From NCBI RefSeq assembly GCF_965216145.1, contig NZ_OZ244149.1:417011-481010 (forward strand): a stretch of 64,000 bases of DNA, in the 5' to 3' direction. Position 1 is the stretch's first letter. The number at the start of each line of letters is the position of its first letter. The notes under the pieces are model-generated. The model made no database searches. It worked only from the letters and a program-made list of their open reading frames with translations, and had not been told where the DNA came from. Shown piece after piece: positions 28,085 to 37,989 of this stretch. The DNA comes from Candidatus Palauibacter sp. (GTDB lineage Bacteria > Gemmatimonadota > Gemmatimonadetes > Palauibacterales > Palauibacteraceae). Made by a program: the position numbers and the translations under genes.

Positions 28085-30652
28085 CTACTCCCCGGCCCCG
28101 CTTCGACCGCCTTCCGTCGTCGTGTGGGCGTCGGCCTCCCCTGCCCCCTTCACGTAGCGGTCGAACCAGCCGATCCAGCGCGCCCACATGTCGAGGTTGT
28201 TCTCGATCGCGCGCGGCGTGTGCGACTCGAAGGGATACTCGAACAGGGCGGCGGTCTTCCCGAGCCCGGTAAGGGCCTGGATCATTCGCCTCGACTGTAT
28301 GGGATACGTGCCCGAGTTGTTGTCGTCCGCCCCGTGGTACATGAGGAGCGGGGTGTTGATCTGGTCCGCCTTGAAGAAGGGGGACATCTCCATGTACACG
28401 TGCGGCGCCGCCCAGATGTCGCGCGGCTCGGCCTGGAACCCCATCGGCGTGAGCGACCGGTTGTAGGCGCCGTCCCCCGCGATCCCCGCCTTGAAGAAGG
28501 GCGTGTGCGCGAGGAAGTTCGCGGTCGCGAAGGCGCCGTAGCTGTGGCCCCCGTGCCCGATCCGGTCCATGTCGACCACGTCGAGGCCGTCGACGGCGCG
28601 GATCGCGGCGTACATCCCGTCGACCATGTTCGAGATGTAGTAGTCGTTGTAGTTCTGCCCCACGATCGGGATATCCGGATAGACCAGCGCGTACCCCTGG
28701 GTGAGCCAGATGTCGGACCAGCGCAGCCACGTCAGGTTCGTGTACGCGTTGTGGTTCCGGGCGCGGATCGTCGCGTTGTCGAAGTCGTCCTCGCTCCGGT
28801 ATTCGCGCGGATAGGTCCAGAAGATGGCGGGCACCTTCGTCCCCTCGACGTAGTCCACCGGCAACGACACCCGCCCCTGGATCTCCAGGCCGTCGCGACG
28901 GGTGAACTCGAAGTCGATGCGGCGCGCGGCGGTCAACCGAGGGAACGGATCCACATTCCGCGTCAGATTCTCCATGCCGCCGTCCCGGGTCCACATGTGG
29001 CTGTCCGGGAACATGTTCTTCCCCTCCCGGCTCACGATCATGCGCTCCAAGTCGGCGTCGAGCGGCACCAACGGCTGATCGAAGCTGTCGCGCGAGCCCT
29101 CGAACAACCGCTCCGTGGCTCCATCCGCAATCGACAGGCGGTCGACGAAAGGCTGCGGCCGGAAGTCCTCCTTCAAACCGTCGCCACGCAGGTAGGCGCT
29201 CTCCCCGCCGGAGGACATCCACGCGTACTCGATCCCGTTCCCGGTCCGGGCCGTGAGGAGGTCGCCCGGCAGTTCGACCGCGTCTCCGGGGTCGTGGAAC
29301 GGGACGAGGGTGCTTCCCTCCGCGTCGCCCTCCCCCAGCGCGTAATGCACCAGCGCGGCCTCGCCGTCCCGGCGCACCGAGGCGAAGGCGTGGCCGCCGT
29401 CCGCGGAATAGGTGACGCCCGAGATCCGGTCATCGCTCGCCGCCACCTCCTCCGCGTCTCCGTCGCCGAACGGGGCGCGCAGCAGCATGATGCGGTCGGG
29501 GCGATCGTCCTCCCCCTCCTCGTCCTCCCCCTCTTCGGCTTCCGCGCGGTGCAGGTAGGAGATCCCGCTCCCGTCCGGACGCCACACCCGGTCTCGCGGT
29601 CCGTTGTCCGGGCCGCCGCCGGAGCCTTCGCGCAGTTCGCGCTCCTCGAGCGTGGCGAGCATGTCGCCGCTCTCCACCTCCAACACCTCGGTCACGCGCG
29701 GGAATCCTGTGTAGCTCGCGATGTAGGAGAAGGGGCGCGCCAGGCGCGTCGCCATCACGTGACGTCCGTCGGGGCTCATCGACAGCGATTCGTACATGCC
29801 CGGCTCGCCGATAGCCCGCGCGGGCCGGCCGGGCGCCAACTCGACGATCTGGCTCCGCGTGTAGTACTCGAACAGATCGCCGGCGTGCGCGTCCTCGAGC
29901 AGGAAGGGCATCGTGCGCGTCGGCGTGGCCGTCGCGCGCGTGTGACGGATGGTCGGGCCCGAGGGCAGCCCGGGAGGCGGAGGCGGGGGTCCGCGGTCCG
30001 CCGGCGCCGCGAGCGTGAGGATCGAGCCCGCCGGCGTCCACTGCAGCATCCTCGAAGGCGCCGATCCCTGTCCCCGTGACGAAGTCCCGATCGTCGCGAT
30101 CACCCGCGCGTCGCCGGCCGGCGTCACGCTGCCGTCGCTCGTGTCGGCGATCCAGACTTCGGTGCGTTCCTCGAGGTGCGCGAGGAAGGCGAGCCGGGAA
30201 CCGTCCGGCGACCACATGAGGTCGCTCACGAAGATGCCTTCGGGCAGTTGCACGTCGGTGAAGGCGCGCGCGCTCAGCGAGTAGAAGCGAAAGCCGTACA
30301 GGCCGTAGATGTCGAGGTGCCATGGCCGGTCGGTGCGCGCCCGGATCTCCAGCATCCCGAGGCGCAGCGTCTCCTCCCCCACCTCCGCGAGCGTCGAAAG
30401 CTCCGTCGAGAGCGGGACGACGAAGTGGTCGCCGTCCGGACTGATGTGGTCCAGCGTGGCGAAGTTCGGGTCGGTCGCGAACAGATCCTGGACGGTCTGG
30501 CCCGGGAGGATGTAGCCGGACGGGATGTCCAGTTCCGGCGCCTCTTCGGACGCGTTCTGGGCGGCGAGCGGCGACGCCGCGGACCCGTAGGACACAGCGA
30601 TCGCCAGCAACAGCGCCGGCAGCACGGAACGAAGACGGCGGAAGACCCTCAT
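28085..30652 (-). CDS. S9 family serine peptidase (prolyl oligopeptidase / DPP-like) with N-terminal beta-propeller
   Basis: Start at internal ATG (MRVFRRLRSVLPALLLAIAVSYG, signal). Catalytic GGHSYGAF (GxSxG nucleophile elbow) and C-terminal His region. Confidence 0.8.
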   Translation of the reverse strand: MRVFRRLRSVLPALLLAIAVSYGSAASPLAAQNASEEAPELDIPSGYILPGQTVQDLFATDPNFATLDHISPDGDHFVVPLSTELSTLAEVGEETLRLGMLEIRARTDRPWHLDIYGLYGFRFYSLSARAFTDVQLPEGIFVSDLMWSPDGSRLAFLAHLEERTEVWIADTSDGSVTPAGDARVIATIGTSSRGQGSAPSRMLQWTPAGSILTLAAPADRGPPPPPPGLPSGPTIRHTRATATPTRTMPFLLEDAHAGDLFEYYTRSQIVELAPGRPARAIGEPGMYESLSMSPDGRHVMATRLARPFSYIASYTGFPRVTEVLEVESGDMLATLEERELREGSGGGPDNGPRDRVWRPDGSGISYLHRAEAEEGEDEEGEDDRPDRIMLLRAPFGDGDAEEVAASDDRISGVTYSADGGHAFASVRRDGEAALVHYALGEGDAEGSTLVPFHDPGDAVELPGDLLTARTGNGIEYAWMSSGGESAYLRGDGLKEDFRPQPFVDRLSIADGATERLFEGSRDSFDQPLVPLDADLERMIVSREGKNMFPDSHMWTRDGGMENLTRNVDPFPRLTAARRIDFEFTRRDGLEIQGRVSLPVDYVEGTKVPAIFWTYPREYRSEDDFDNATIRARNHNAYTNLTWLRWSDIWLTQGYALVYPDIPIVGQNYNDYYISNMVDGMYAAIRAVDGLDVVDMDRIGHGGHSYGAFATANFLAHTPFFKAGIAGDGAYNRSLTPMGFQAEPRDIWAAPHVYMEMSPFFKADQINTPLLMYHGADDNNSGTYPIQSRRMIQALTGLGKTAALFEYPFESHTPRAIENNLDMWARWIGWFDRYVKGAGEADAHTTTEGGRSGAGE

Positions 30653-30770
30653 GGTCTGGCTCCTGGGCGAGGTGGGAGGCCTGAAGGCCCAAGCTGGACC
30701 GCGCGAACGACCCTCCGCAAGCGGCACTCCTGCGCCGAGATTCGACCGCGCTGCGGATGAGGGGCAGCGG

Positions 30771-32018
30771 TCAGTTGTTCTCTGCTTCTTGCTGGACTCT
30801 CTGAAGAATCGCCCGATCGAGTACGGAGCGAACGGTCGGGCTGACGCCTCTGAGCTGGATCGCCGCCATGAATCGGAGCGCCCCGATCCGCACGAAGAGC
30901 TTGCCCAGGAACTCGTCAGCGAAACTGCTCGAAATCACCGAAATGCCGTCAAAGTCGACGTTGATGGGGTAGCTCGGATACATCGCCAGCAGGTTCTCGA
31001 TCTTCGTCCGCGCTGACCTCCCGGAGAACCTCGATCCGACCGAGCCGACTTCCTTTGTCACAACGAAGTTGAGGACGTCGTCTGTCTCATCTTCGTAGCG
31101 AAGTTCCACGTAGTCGGCTGAATCAAACCGATCTCTATCCTCAAGGGCCTGCCACAGCGCCTCCGGCTCCGAGTAGTCGAGCCGAACGACGACGAGAGTG
31201 CCGACTACGGGGATCGTTTCGTCGCGGGAGCCGGACTCGGAACCGATGCTTGCGTAACCGGAGTGAATCGCAAAGCTGCCCGTACCCACGCGCGACGCCT
31301 GTTGAGTACCGAACAGACCGTGTCCCATCCCGGCTTCTGTGCTGGTGATTCCGCGCTCGATGGAGAGTCCGAGGGCCTCTGCGTCGGACAGTCCGGGCCT
31401 CGTCGTTCTCATGGTTTGGGGGATTCCTCTTCCTGCATCGGCGACGACGAACTCCACCTGCTGCCTTGTCGGGTATTGACTCAGTTGAACAAAGCCGCCC
31501 TGTGGAGAGTCGGCGTGCCGGAGCACGTTGTCCGCGATCTCGAACACGGCCCACTCGAACGCCGCGAGATCGCGGCGCGTCAAGCCTGCCGGAGAGGAGA
31601 GAACCGCGTCGACGATTTGGCGTACGATGTTCTCCTGTTCCTCAGGGGAGCTAAAGCGCCTTGCAGGCATGACGTCCGTCGGTTGCCACGTCGATCCTTC
31701 GAACTTCCGGGAAGTTGCAAGGTGCGCCCAGTTGGCGTTGGCAAACAGGCGTCTCAACTTCCCTTCTGTGGGGCGAATCAAGGTTAGGTCGACATCCCGT
31801 TCATCCCGCAGTCGGGCACAGATTGCGAGCAAGGCGCACATCGGAGCGGGGAATGCGCTGGTAGTGGCGGAAAAGTCCAGCGTGATGTCCGCGAACCCCT
31901 TCTCTTCCGTAGCTTGGTGTATCGCGGCGAGAAGACGCCGGAACGAACCGAGCGTGAGGTCGCCGGCGATCTTAATGAGACCGCCATCGCGATTGACTCG
32001 TAGATTGCCAGGGTTCAT
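30771..32018 (-). CDS. STAS-like / GHKL ATPase (anti-sigma regulatory-factor-like) / C-terminal STAS-like (DUF4325-type) protein
   Basis: N-terminal STAS-like LIKIAGDLTLGSFRRLLAAIH; central FEIADNVLRHADSPQGGFVQ ... VADAGRGIP is HATPase_c-like; C-terminal VDFDGISVISSSFADEFLGKLF. Somewhat lower G+C than neighbours. Confidence 0.5.
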   Translation of the reverse strand: MNPGNLRVNRDGGLIKIAGDLTLGSFRRLLAAIHQATEEKGFADITLDFSATTSAFPAPMCALLAICARLRDERDVDLTLIRPTEGKLRRLFANANWAHLATSRKFEGSTWQPTDVMPARRFSSPEEQENIVRQIVDAVLSSPAGLTRRDLAAFEWAVFEIADNVLRHADSPQGGFVQLSQYPTRQQVEFVVADAGRGIPQTMRTTRPGLSDAEALGLSIERGITSTEAGMGHGLFGTQQASRVGTGSFAIHSGYASIGSESGSRDETIPVVGTLVVVRLDYSEPEALWQALEDRDRFDSADYVELRYEDETDDVLNFVVTKEVGSVGSRFSGRSARTKIENLLAMYPSYPINVDFDGISVISSSFADEFLGKLFVRIGALRFMAAIQLRGVSPTVRSVLDRAILQRVQQEAENN

Positions 32019-32130
32019 GACACCAGTGTCGGGAAGGGTCGGGGGTCAGGGCGCCGCGCGGGCTCGACCGGCTGCAAAACTCGGGACCGCTCTCGTTTGG
32101 GTCAATCTCTTGCACGGAAGCCGTGACAGG

Positions 32131-32628
32131 ATGGACATGAAGAACTTGGGGAAGGCTGGCGCATGTCTCGCCCTCTGGGCGGGTGTTGGCTGTCAGGCGA
32201 ACGCGGCGGCGCTCTCGGAAGCCCGTGCCGCCTCGATCCGCGACAGCGTGGCGACCGCGATGGACACGTTCCGGGAGATCGGGTCGGGCCCGGACCCCTC
32301 GGCGGTCGCCGGCCTCTATTCCGAATCGCCGACCTTCCGCTTCTACGAGAACGGGGAGCTGCGCTACCGCTCGGCGGCCGACGTGCGCGCCGCACTCGAG
32401 GGTCTTCCCCCGAGCATGCGGATCTCGACCGAATACTCGGACACGGACATCGAGGCGCTGGCGCCGGGACTCGCGCTCGTCCGGTCCCTGTTCGAGAGCA
32501 CGATCGAGGGCGAGGGCGGGTTCGAGTTCGGCTACGGCGGGGCCGTGACGATGCTGTGGACCCACGAGCCCGGGGGCTGGCGCATCCTGAGCGGCCATAC
32601 TTCCGCGCCGGTCCCGCGCGGAGGGTAG
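32131..32628 (+). CDS. NTF2-like / SnoaL-like (DUF4440-type) lipoprotein
   Basis: Start at internal ATG (MDMKNLGKAGACLALWAGVGCQA). Length and hydrophobic pattern fit the NTF2 fold. Confidence 0.5.
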   Translation: MDMKNLGKAGACLALWAGVGCQANAAALSEARAASIRDSVATAMDTFREIGSGPDPSAVAGLYSESPTFRFYENGELRYRSAADVRAALEGLPPSMRISTEYSDTDIEALAPGLALVRSLFESTIEGEGGFEFGYGGAVTMLWTHEPGGWRILSGHTSAPVPRGG

Positions 32629-32648
32629 CGGCCCGTGGCGAGCCGGGA

Positions 32649-33209
32649 GTGATCGCGACGGAAGCGGGCGATGGCCCCCGGGAAGCCGTCGAGTCGCTCT
32701 TTCAGCGGGGGATGGGCGCACGGCGGGAAGGCCGCCCGGACGAGGCCATACGCCACATGAAGGCGGCGGTCGCACTGGCCCGGCGGCACGACGATCCCGT
32801 GGCGCTCGCCCGCGCCCTGCACGGTCGGGCGAACGTGGAGCGCGACCGGGGGCGGCGCGACCTCGCCCTTCGGCTCTATCGGGAAGCCATCCCGCTCTGC
32901 CGGCAGGGGGACGATCCGCTCGCCCTCGCCCACACCGTGCGCCACCTCGGCGATGTCCTCCGCGAGCTGGGCGACCTCACGGAGGCGGAGCCGTGCTACG
33001 CGGAGGCGCTGGCCCTCTACCGGGCGCACCCGTCGCCGCCCACGCTCGACCTCGCCAACGCCGTGCGGCGGATGGCCATCCTCAGGGAGGCGCTCGGCGA
33101 GAACGAGCACGCCCGGGCGCTGTGGCGGGAGGCCGGCGCGCTGTACCGCGAGGTCGGCATCGAAGCCGGCGTGTCGGAGAGTTCGGCCCACCTCGAACGG
33201 CTCGGCTGA
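32649..33209 (+). CDS. TPR-like helical repeat protein
   Basis: Repeated A/L-rich helix pairs (ALARALHGRANVERDRGRRDLALRLYREA, LALAHTVRHLGDVLRELGDLTEAEPCYAEALALY). Start uncertain: GTG at 32649 or ATG at 32712. Confidence 0.45.
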   Translation: MIATEAGDGPREAVESLFQRGMGARREGRPDEAIRHMKAAVALARRHDDPVALARALHGRANVERDRGRRDLALRLYREAIPLCRQGDDPLALAHTVRHLGDVLRELGDLTEAEPCYAEALALYRAHPSPPTLDLANAVRRMAILREALGENEHARALWREAGALYREVGIEAGVSESSAHLERLG

Positions 33210-33286
33210 CGCGCCGCCCGTCTTGCCAGATCGGCACGTTTGGACCACCGTGATTCAGAAGGGCGGTTGTCATCCGCCATCGGGAA

Positions 33287-34672
33287 ATGTCGAAGGAGGA
33301 CTCGCAAATGCTTCGGAATCACGGGCTGAACCGTCGGGCGTTTCTCAGGAGCACCGGAGCCACCGCCGTACTGGGCGCCGTCGGCGCGCGTTCGGCGCTG
33401 GCGAGCGAGGTGGCCGCGACGAAGGCGGCCGCGACCGGGTTCGGCCCCTCCCGCGCAGACTTCGACTTCGATGAGATCTACGACCGCCGCGGCAGCGACT
33501 GCGTCAAGTGGGACCGCGCGATCGAACAGTTCGGCCCGGAGATCGAGGTCGGCATGGGCATCGCCGACATGGACTTCCGCGCCGCGCCATGCATCACGCA
33601 GGCGATCGCAGAACGCTGCGGCCATGAGAACTGGGGCTACCAGCACCGCGACAGCTCGTTCACGGACGCCGTCGTGGCCTGGAACCAGCGCCGCTACGAC
33701 CTCGACATCGACCCCTCGAGCATCGTCTGGACGTCGGGCGTCCACCCCGGGATCATCGCCGGACTTCACACCTTCGCCCCTCCCGGCAGCCGGGTCCTCA
33801 TGACGACCCCCACCTACAACGGCTTCTACTCGGACCTGCGCTTCACGCGCACGATCGCCGAAGACAGCCAGATGAAGGTCGTTGACGGCCGCTACGAGAT
33901 CGACTGGGAGGACTTCGAGCGCCGGGTGCAGCGGGTGCACGCCTTCATCCTCTGCAATCCCCAGAACCCGACCGGGAACTGCTGGTCGGCGGAAGACATG
34001 ACCCGGATGGGCGAAATCTGTCTCGAGCACCGGGTCCCGGTGCTTTCCGACGAAATCCACTGTGATTTCGTGATGAAGGGACAGAAGTACACGCCGTTCG
34101 CCAGCCTCGACCGGAGGATCGCCGACAACAGCGTCACCTTCAAATCCAACAGCAAGACCTTCAGCCTCGCCGCGAACAAGGTCGCCTGGTACTTCTCGAC
34201 GAACCCCGCCTTCATGGAGCGCCTGCGCCCGTACACGCGCGCGGATCTGAGCACGATCGGCATGGTCGCCGCCCGCGCCGCCAACAACGAGGGCGAGGAA
34301 TGGCTCGACCAGCTCCTCGTCTACCTCGACGGCAACCACGACTTCACGGAGTCCTACATCGGCGAGAAGATGCCCAGCGTAGAGTACACGAAGGCGCAGG
34401 GCACCTTCCTCGCGTGGCTCGACATGAGCGGGCTGATGGACCGCATCGACGCGCAGGGGCAGGCGGACTACGAGAATCGCACGGCTGCGCAGCCGGTCGA
34501 TCCCGAGACGATCCTGCAGCGCTGGCTGGCCGAGAACGCACGCATCTATCTCAACAACGGGCCCAGCTACGGGACCGGCGGGGAGGGGCACATGCGGATG
34601 AACATCGCGACCTCGCGGCAACTCGTGCAGCGCGCCCTCGACAACCTGTCCGGCGCCATCGCGGCTCTCTAG
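33287..34672 (+). CDS. PLP-dependent aminotransferase class I/II, MalY/PatB-type C-S lyase; Tat-type signal
   Basis: N-terminal NRRAFLRSTGATAVLGAVGA (twin-arginine-like). Fold-type I pattern including FKSNSKTFSLA (PLP-lysine region) and CNPQNPTG. Confidence 0.75.
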   Translation: MSKEDSQMLRNHGLNRRAFLRSTGATAVLGAVGARSALASEVAATKAAATGFGPSRADFDFDEIYDRRGSDCVKWDRAIEQFGPEIEVGMGIADMDFRAAPCITQAIAERCGHENWGYQHRDSSFTDAVVAWNQRRYDLDIDPSSIVWTSGVHPGIIAGLHTFAPPGSRVLMTTPTYNGFYSDLRFTRTIAEDSQMKVVDGRYEIDWEDFERRVQRVHAFILCNPQNPTGNCWSAEDMTRMGEICLEHRVPVLSDEIHCDFVMKGQKYTPFASLDRRIADNSVTFKSNSKTFSLAANKVAWYFSTNPAFMERLRPYTRADLSTIGMVAARAANNEGEEWLDQLLVYLDGNHDFTESYIGEKMPSVEYTKAQGTFLAWLDMSGLMDRIDAQGQADYENRTAAQPVDPETILQRWLAENARIYLNNGPSYGTGGEGHMRMNIATSRQLVQRALDNLSGAIAAL

Positions 34673-34706
34673 AGCGCGGCACCATAGACGGATTTGGGAG
34701 CCTGAC

Positions 34707-35120
34707 ATGACGCGCGCCGTCGCCTCGTTCGACGTCAAGGGATGGGACCAGGGCGAACCCGAGTCGGAAGCCGGAGGCCCCACCCTCTCGAGTGCGGTGG
34801 TCCGCAAGCAGTTCGACGGGGACCTGGTCGCCGAGAGCGAAGCCCGGCTGATGATGTGCCAAGCCGACACGAGCGACATCTCGGCGGGCGCGGGCTACAT
34901 CGCCAGCGAGGTCGTGCGGGGGACGCTCGCGGGGAAACAGGGCACGTTCGTGATGCAGCACTGGGGCCTGAGCGCGGACGGGCGCGAGCGAACGGGCGGG
35001 CACGTCGTTCCCGGCTCCGGCACCGGGGATCTGAAGGGGCTGACGGGCTCGGTCGAGATCTCGGTCGACGGCGCCGGCACGCACACCCTCACGATCGACT
35101 ACGAACTCCCGGACGGTTGA
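34707..35120 (+). CDS. DUF3224 domain protein
   Basis: FDVKGWDQ ... GTFVMQHWG ... VVPGSGTGDLKGLTGS pattern typical of this family. Confidence 0.55.
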   Translation: MTRAVASFDVKGWDQGEPESEAGGPTLSSAVVRKQFDGDLVAESEARLMMCQADTSDISAGAGYIASEVVRGTLAGKQGTFVMQHWGLSADGRERTGGHVVPGSGTGDLKGLTGSVEISVDGAGTHTLTIDYELPDG

Positions 35121-35199
35121 CGACGGCTCCGGGTTTCGGCACCGTAACTTCCACGCCGGTCGAGGTGCGCCGGCGTTTCTTCCTGAGAGGGATAGTACG

Positions 35200-36798
35200 A
35201 TGAAAAGATGGTCCATGGTCCTGACGGCGTTCCTCCTCGTCGCGACGCTTTCGATCGTTCCCGGGAGTGTCGAAGCGCAGTTCGACGAGGTCGGGTCGAT
35301 CGACTTCCCGACCTCCGCCACCGGCGAAGCGCAGGAGCATTTCCTTCGCGGCGTCGCGATCCTGCACAGCTTCGGATGGAAGCAGGCCCGCGAGCAGTTC
35401 CACGCGGCGCAGGAACTCGATCCCGACTTCGCGATGGCCTACTGGGGCGAGTCGCTGGCGTACAATCACCCGCTCGTCTCGCAGATGGACGCGACGGATC
35501 CGCGCGAGGCGCTGCAGAGGTTGGGGGCGACCCCGGCGGAGCGTATGGTGAAGGCGCCGACGGATCGTGAGAAGGGGTTCCTGAAGGCGGTCGAAATCCT
35601 GTGGGGCGAGGCGGACCACACGGAGCGGCGCGTCGGGTACATGGAGGCGATGCGCGAGCTGTACGAGGCCTATCCCGAGGATCCCGAAATCGCCGCCTTC
35701 TACGCGCTCTCGCTGCTCGGCGCGACCGCGGCGACGCGAGATCTGAGCCAGCGCTGGAATGTCATGGCCGGCACGATCGCGCTCAAGATGTTCAACCAGA
35801 ATCCGATGCACCCGGGCGCGGCGCACTACACGATCCACTCGTTCGACAACCCGATCATGGCGCCGCTCGCGCTGGACGCGGCCTACGCCTTCGCCGACAT
35901 CGCGCCGGCCGTCTCGCACGCCCGCCACATGCCGACGCACATCTTCATCCAGCACGGGATGTGGGACCGGGTGTCCGGCAACAACCAGTCGGCCTACGGC
36001 GTCGCCCAGGAGTTGTGGCAGCCGGGCGACCCGGTGGGTGACGCCGTGCACGCGCTCGACTGGGGGCAGTACGGTGACCTGCAGCGGGGCGACTACGCCA
36101 AGGCGCAGCTCTGGATGGACCGTCTCGGCGACATGGTCGACAACGAGGGGTTCGGGACGGCGAGCGGCGCACGCGGCGCCGCCGGGATCGCGCGGGCTCA
36201 GGGCGCGGTCTCGCTGCTCAAGGCGCGCTACATCGTCGACACCGAGGAGTGGGAGGTGCAGCCGATCACCGAGGACTCGCCGGCGCACGAACTCCTCGCC
36301 ACGGGGCTCAGCGCTCACCGCACGGGCGACCAGTTGATCGTCACCGAGGCGGAAGCCGCGCTCGGGGAGCTGTCCGACGGCAGCGGCTACACGCACGTGA
36401 TGCACAAGCAGATCGGCGCGCTCCGGCACGCCGCGATGGGCCACCCGGGCGTGGCGATCGGCCTCATGGATGAAGCCGAGGCCGAGGTCATGACCATGGC
36501 GCCGCCGCGCGGTTCGGCGAGCCCGGTCAAGCCGCTGCACGAACTGTACGGCGAGGTGCTTCTGGACCTCGACATGCCGGCGGAGGCGATCGAGAAGTTC
36601 GAGACGTCGCTGCTCCGCATGCCGAACCGGCCGCGGTCCCTGCTCGGTCTGGCCCGCGCGCACGCGGCCAACGGCGATGCGGCGCTGGCCGCCGAGTTCT
36701 ATGCGAAGGTCGCCGACCTCTGGCAGGGCCATGCACACGCCGGCCTGCGTGAGGCGGAGGACTTCCTGGCGCAGTCCATGAACGAGGGGAACCGCTAG
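35200..36798 (+). CDS. Secreted hypothetical protein (helical, possibly TPR-like)
   Basis: Signal-like N-terminus MKRWSMVLTAFLLVATLSIVPGSVEA; long clean ORF; no catalytic motif recognised. Confidence 0.6.
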   Translation: MKRWSMVLTAFLLVATLSIVPGSVEAQFDEVGSIDFPTSATGEAQEHFLRGVAILHSFGWKQAREQFHAAQELDPDFAMAYWGESLAYNHPLVSQMDATDPREALQRLGATPAERMVKAPTDREKGFLKAVEILWGEADHTERRVGYMEAMRELYEAYPEDPEIAAFYALSLLGATAATRDLSQRWNVMAGTIALKMFNQNPMHPGAAHYTIHSFDNPIMAPLALDAAYAFADIAPAVSHARHMPTHIFIQHGMWDRVSGNNQSAYGVAQELWQPGDPVGDAVHALDWGQYGDLQRGDYAKAQLWMDRLGDMVDNEGFGTASGARGAAGIARAQGAVSLLKARYIVDTEEWEVQPITEDSPAHELLATGLSAHRTGDQLIVTEAEAALGELSDGSGYTHVMHKQIGALRHAAMGHPGVAIGLMDEAEAEVMTMAPPRGSASPVKPLHELYGEVLLDLDMPAEAIEKFETSLLRMPNRPRSLLGLARAHAANGDAALAAEFYAKVADLWQGHAHAGLREAEDFLAQSMNEGNR

Positions 36799-36830
36799 TC
36801 GCTCCCCGCCGTCGGCGACGGCGAAGACCA

Positions 36831-36870
36831 GGCCCCGGGGCGCGAGCGACGGCTTCGCGTCCCGGGGCCG
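36831..36870. terminator. GC-rich hairpin between convergent genes (candidate bidirectional terminator)
   Basis: Inverted repeat approximately CCGGGGCGCGA ... TCGCGTCCCGG in the 79-nt gap between convergent gene ends. No clear U-tract, so factor-dependent or weak intrinsic. Confidence 0.3.
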
Positions 36871-36877
36871 CGGTCCA

Positions 36878-37897
36878 TCAGTAGATCGCGAGCAGATCCA
36901 GCACCGGGACACCCATGAGGGCCGAACGGCCCGTCCTGACCTGTACCAGGATGTCGAGGGTCTGGAGGGGCCGGAGGTCCTCGGCCGCCGCCAGCAGTTG
37001 CGCGGGGACCGCCACGTAGACGAGACCATCCCCGGGATCGGGCGCCCTCGCGAGCAGGAACGGTTCCCCCTCGTAGAAATCGATCCGCTCGGGCTCGGCC
37101 CGCTCCAGAGACAGGAACTGGACCGCCCACCGGAGCCTCGCTCCCGCGTAGTCATCCGGGTTCGCGCGCAGGGCGGCGGCCGAGACCCCGGCCACGACCG
37201 AGTCCGGATCCGCCGTCACCAACTGCTCGGAGGGGGCCCAGCCTTCGACGCGCACCCGCGTCCAGCCGCTCCGGCGCTCGACGACCGTGACGGGAGTCCC
37301 CGTCTCCACCGTCACGATCGTCCGCCCCTCCGGCGCCGCGTACAGGACGAGCGCGGCCTCGCCCGCCGTGATTTCGCTCCCCGGGGCGACGAGCGGAGGC
37401 GGTCGGCCGACCTCGCTCTCCGGCGGAGCGAAGGATGTCGCCGGCGCCCCGAGCGCGGCGTCCCGCACCCAGCCCGTTCGACGGACGCGGCTCCACTCCT
37501 CCCGGTCTTCCACCCGGTCCACCAGGAACCCCTCGAGAAGCAGCCCGGTCACGGGCCCGGAAGGCTCGTCCCTGAGCGGTTCGCCGCCCCGCGTGGCGAT
37601 GAGCCCGTTGTGACCCTCGCGCGTGGACGCGGCGATCGCGGCGGATGGAACCCAGCCTTCGATGTCGACTTCCGCCCAGGACCCGTCGGTGCGGCGGACC
37701 ACGACCCGCGTGCCCCGATTCAGCTCGGCGAGCCGCAGGCCGTCGGCCGTCTTCCGGAACGTCTCGCTCTCGAGGACAACCTCACGCACCTGCCCGGACA
37801 TCTGAAACGGCAGGCAGAGCAGCGCCGCCGGGAGGAGGATTCCCGGCCGCAAGCGATTGCAACGAGACGTTTTTCTGGTAAGGACCCCGTCCGCCAC
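36878..37897 (-). CDS. Secreted protein with repeated SH3b-like modules
   Basis: Signal-like N-terminus; two similar segments (RTDGSWAEVDIEGWVPSAAI and RRSGWTRVRVEGWAPSEQL) typical of bacterial SH3-like domains. Confidence 0.5.
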   Translation of the reverse strand: MADGVLTRKTSRCNRLRPGILLPAALLCLPFQMSGQVREVVLESETFRKTADGLRLAELNRGTRVVVRRTDGSWAEVDIEGWVPSAAIAASTREGHNGLIATRGGEPLRDEPSGPVTGLLLEGFLVDRVEDREEWSRVRRTGWVRDAALGAPATSFAPPESEVGRPPPLVAPGSEITAGEAALVLYAAPEGRTIVTVETGTPVTVVERRSGWTRVRVEGWAPSEQLVTADPDSVVAGVSAAALRANPDDYAGARLRWAVQFLSLERAEPERIDFYEGEPFLLARAPDPGDGLVYVAVPAQLLAAAEDLRPLQTLDILVQVRTGRSALMGVPVLDLLAIY

Positions 37898-37989
37898 CTA
37901 CATTCCCCGCGCCGCGACCCCGTCGTGAGATCGAGATCTCTCTGATTCAGGAACCTGCTCGTCGAATATATGGAAGCCGCGTCAAACCA

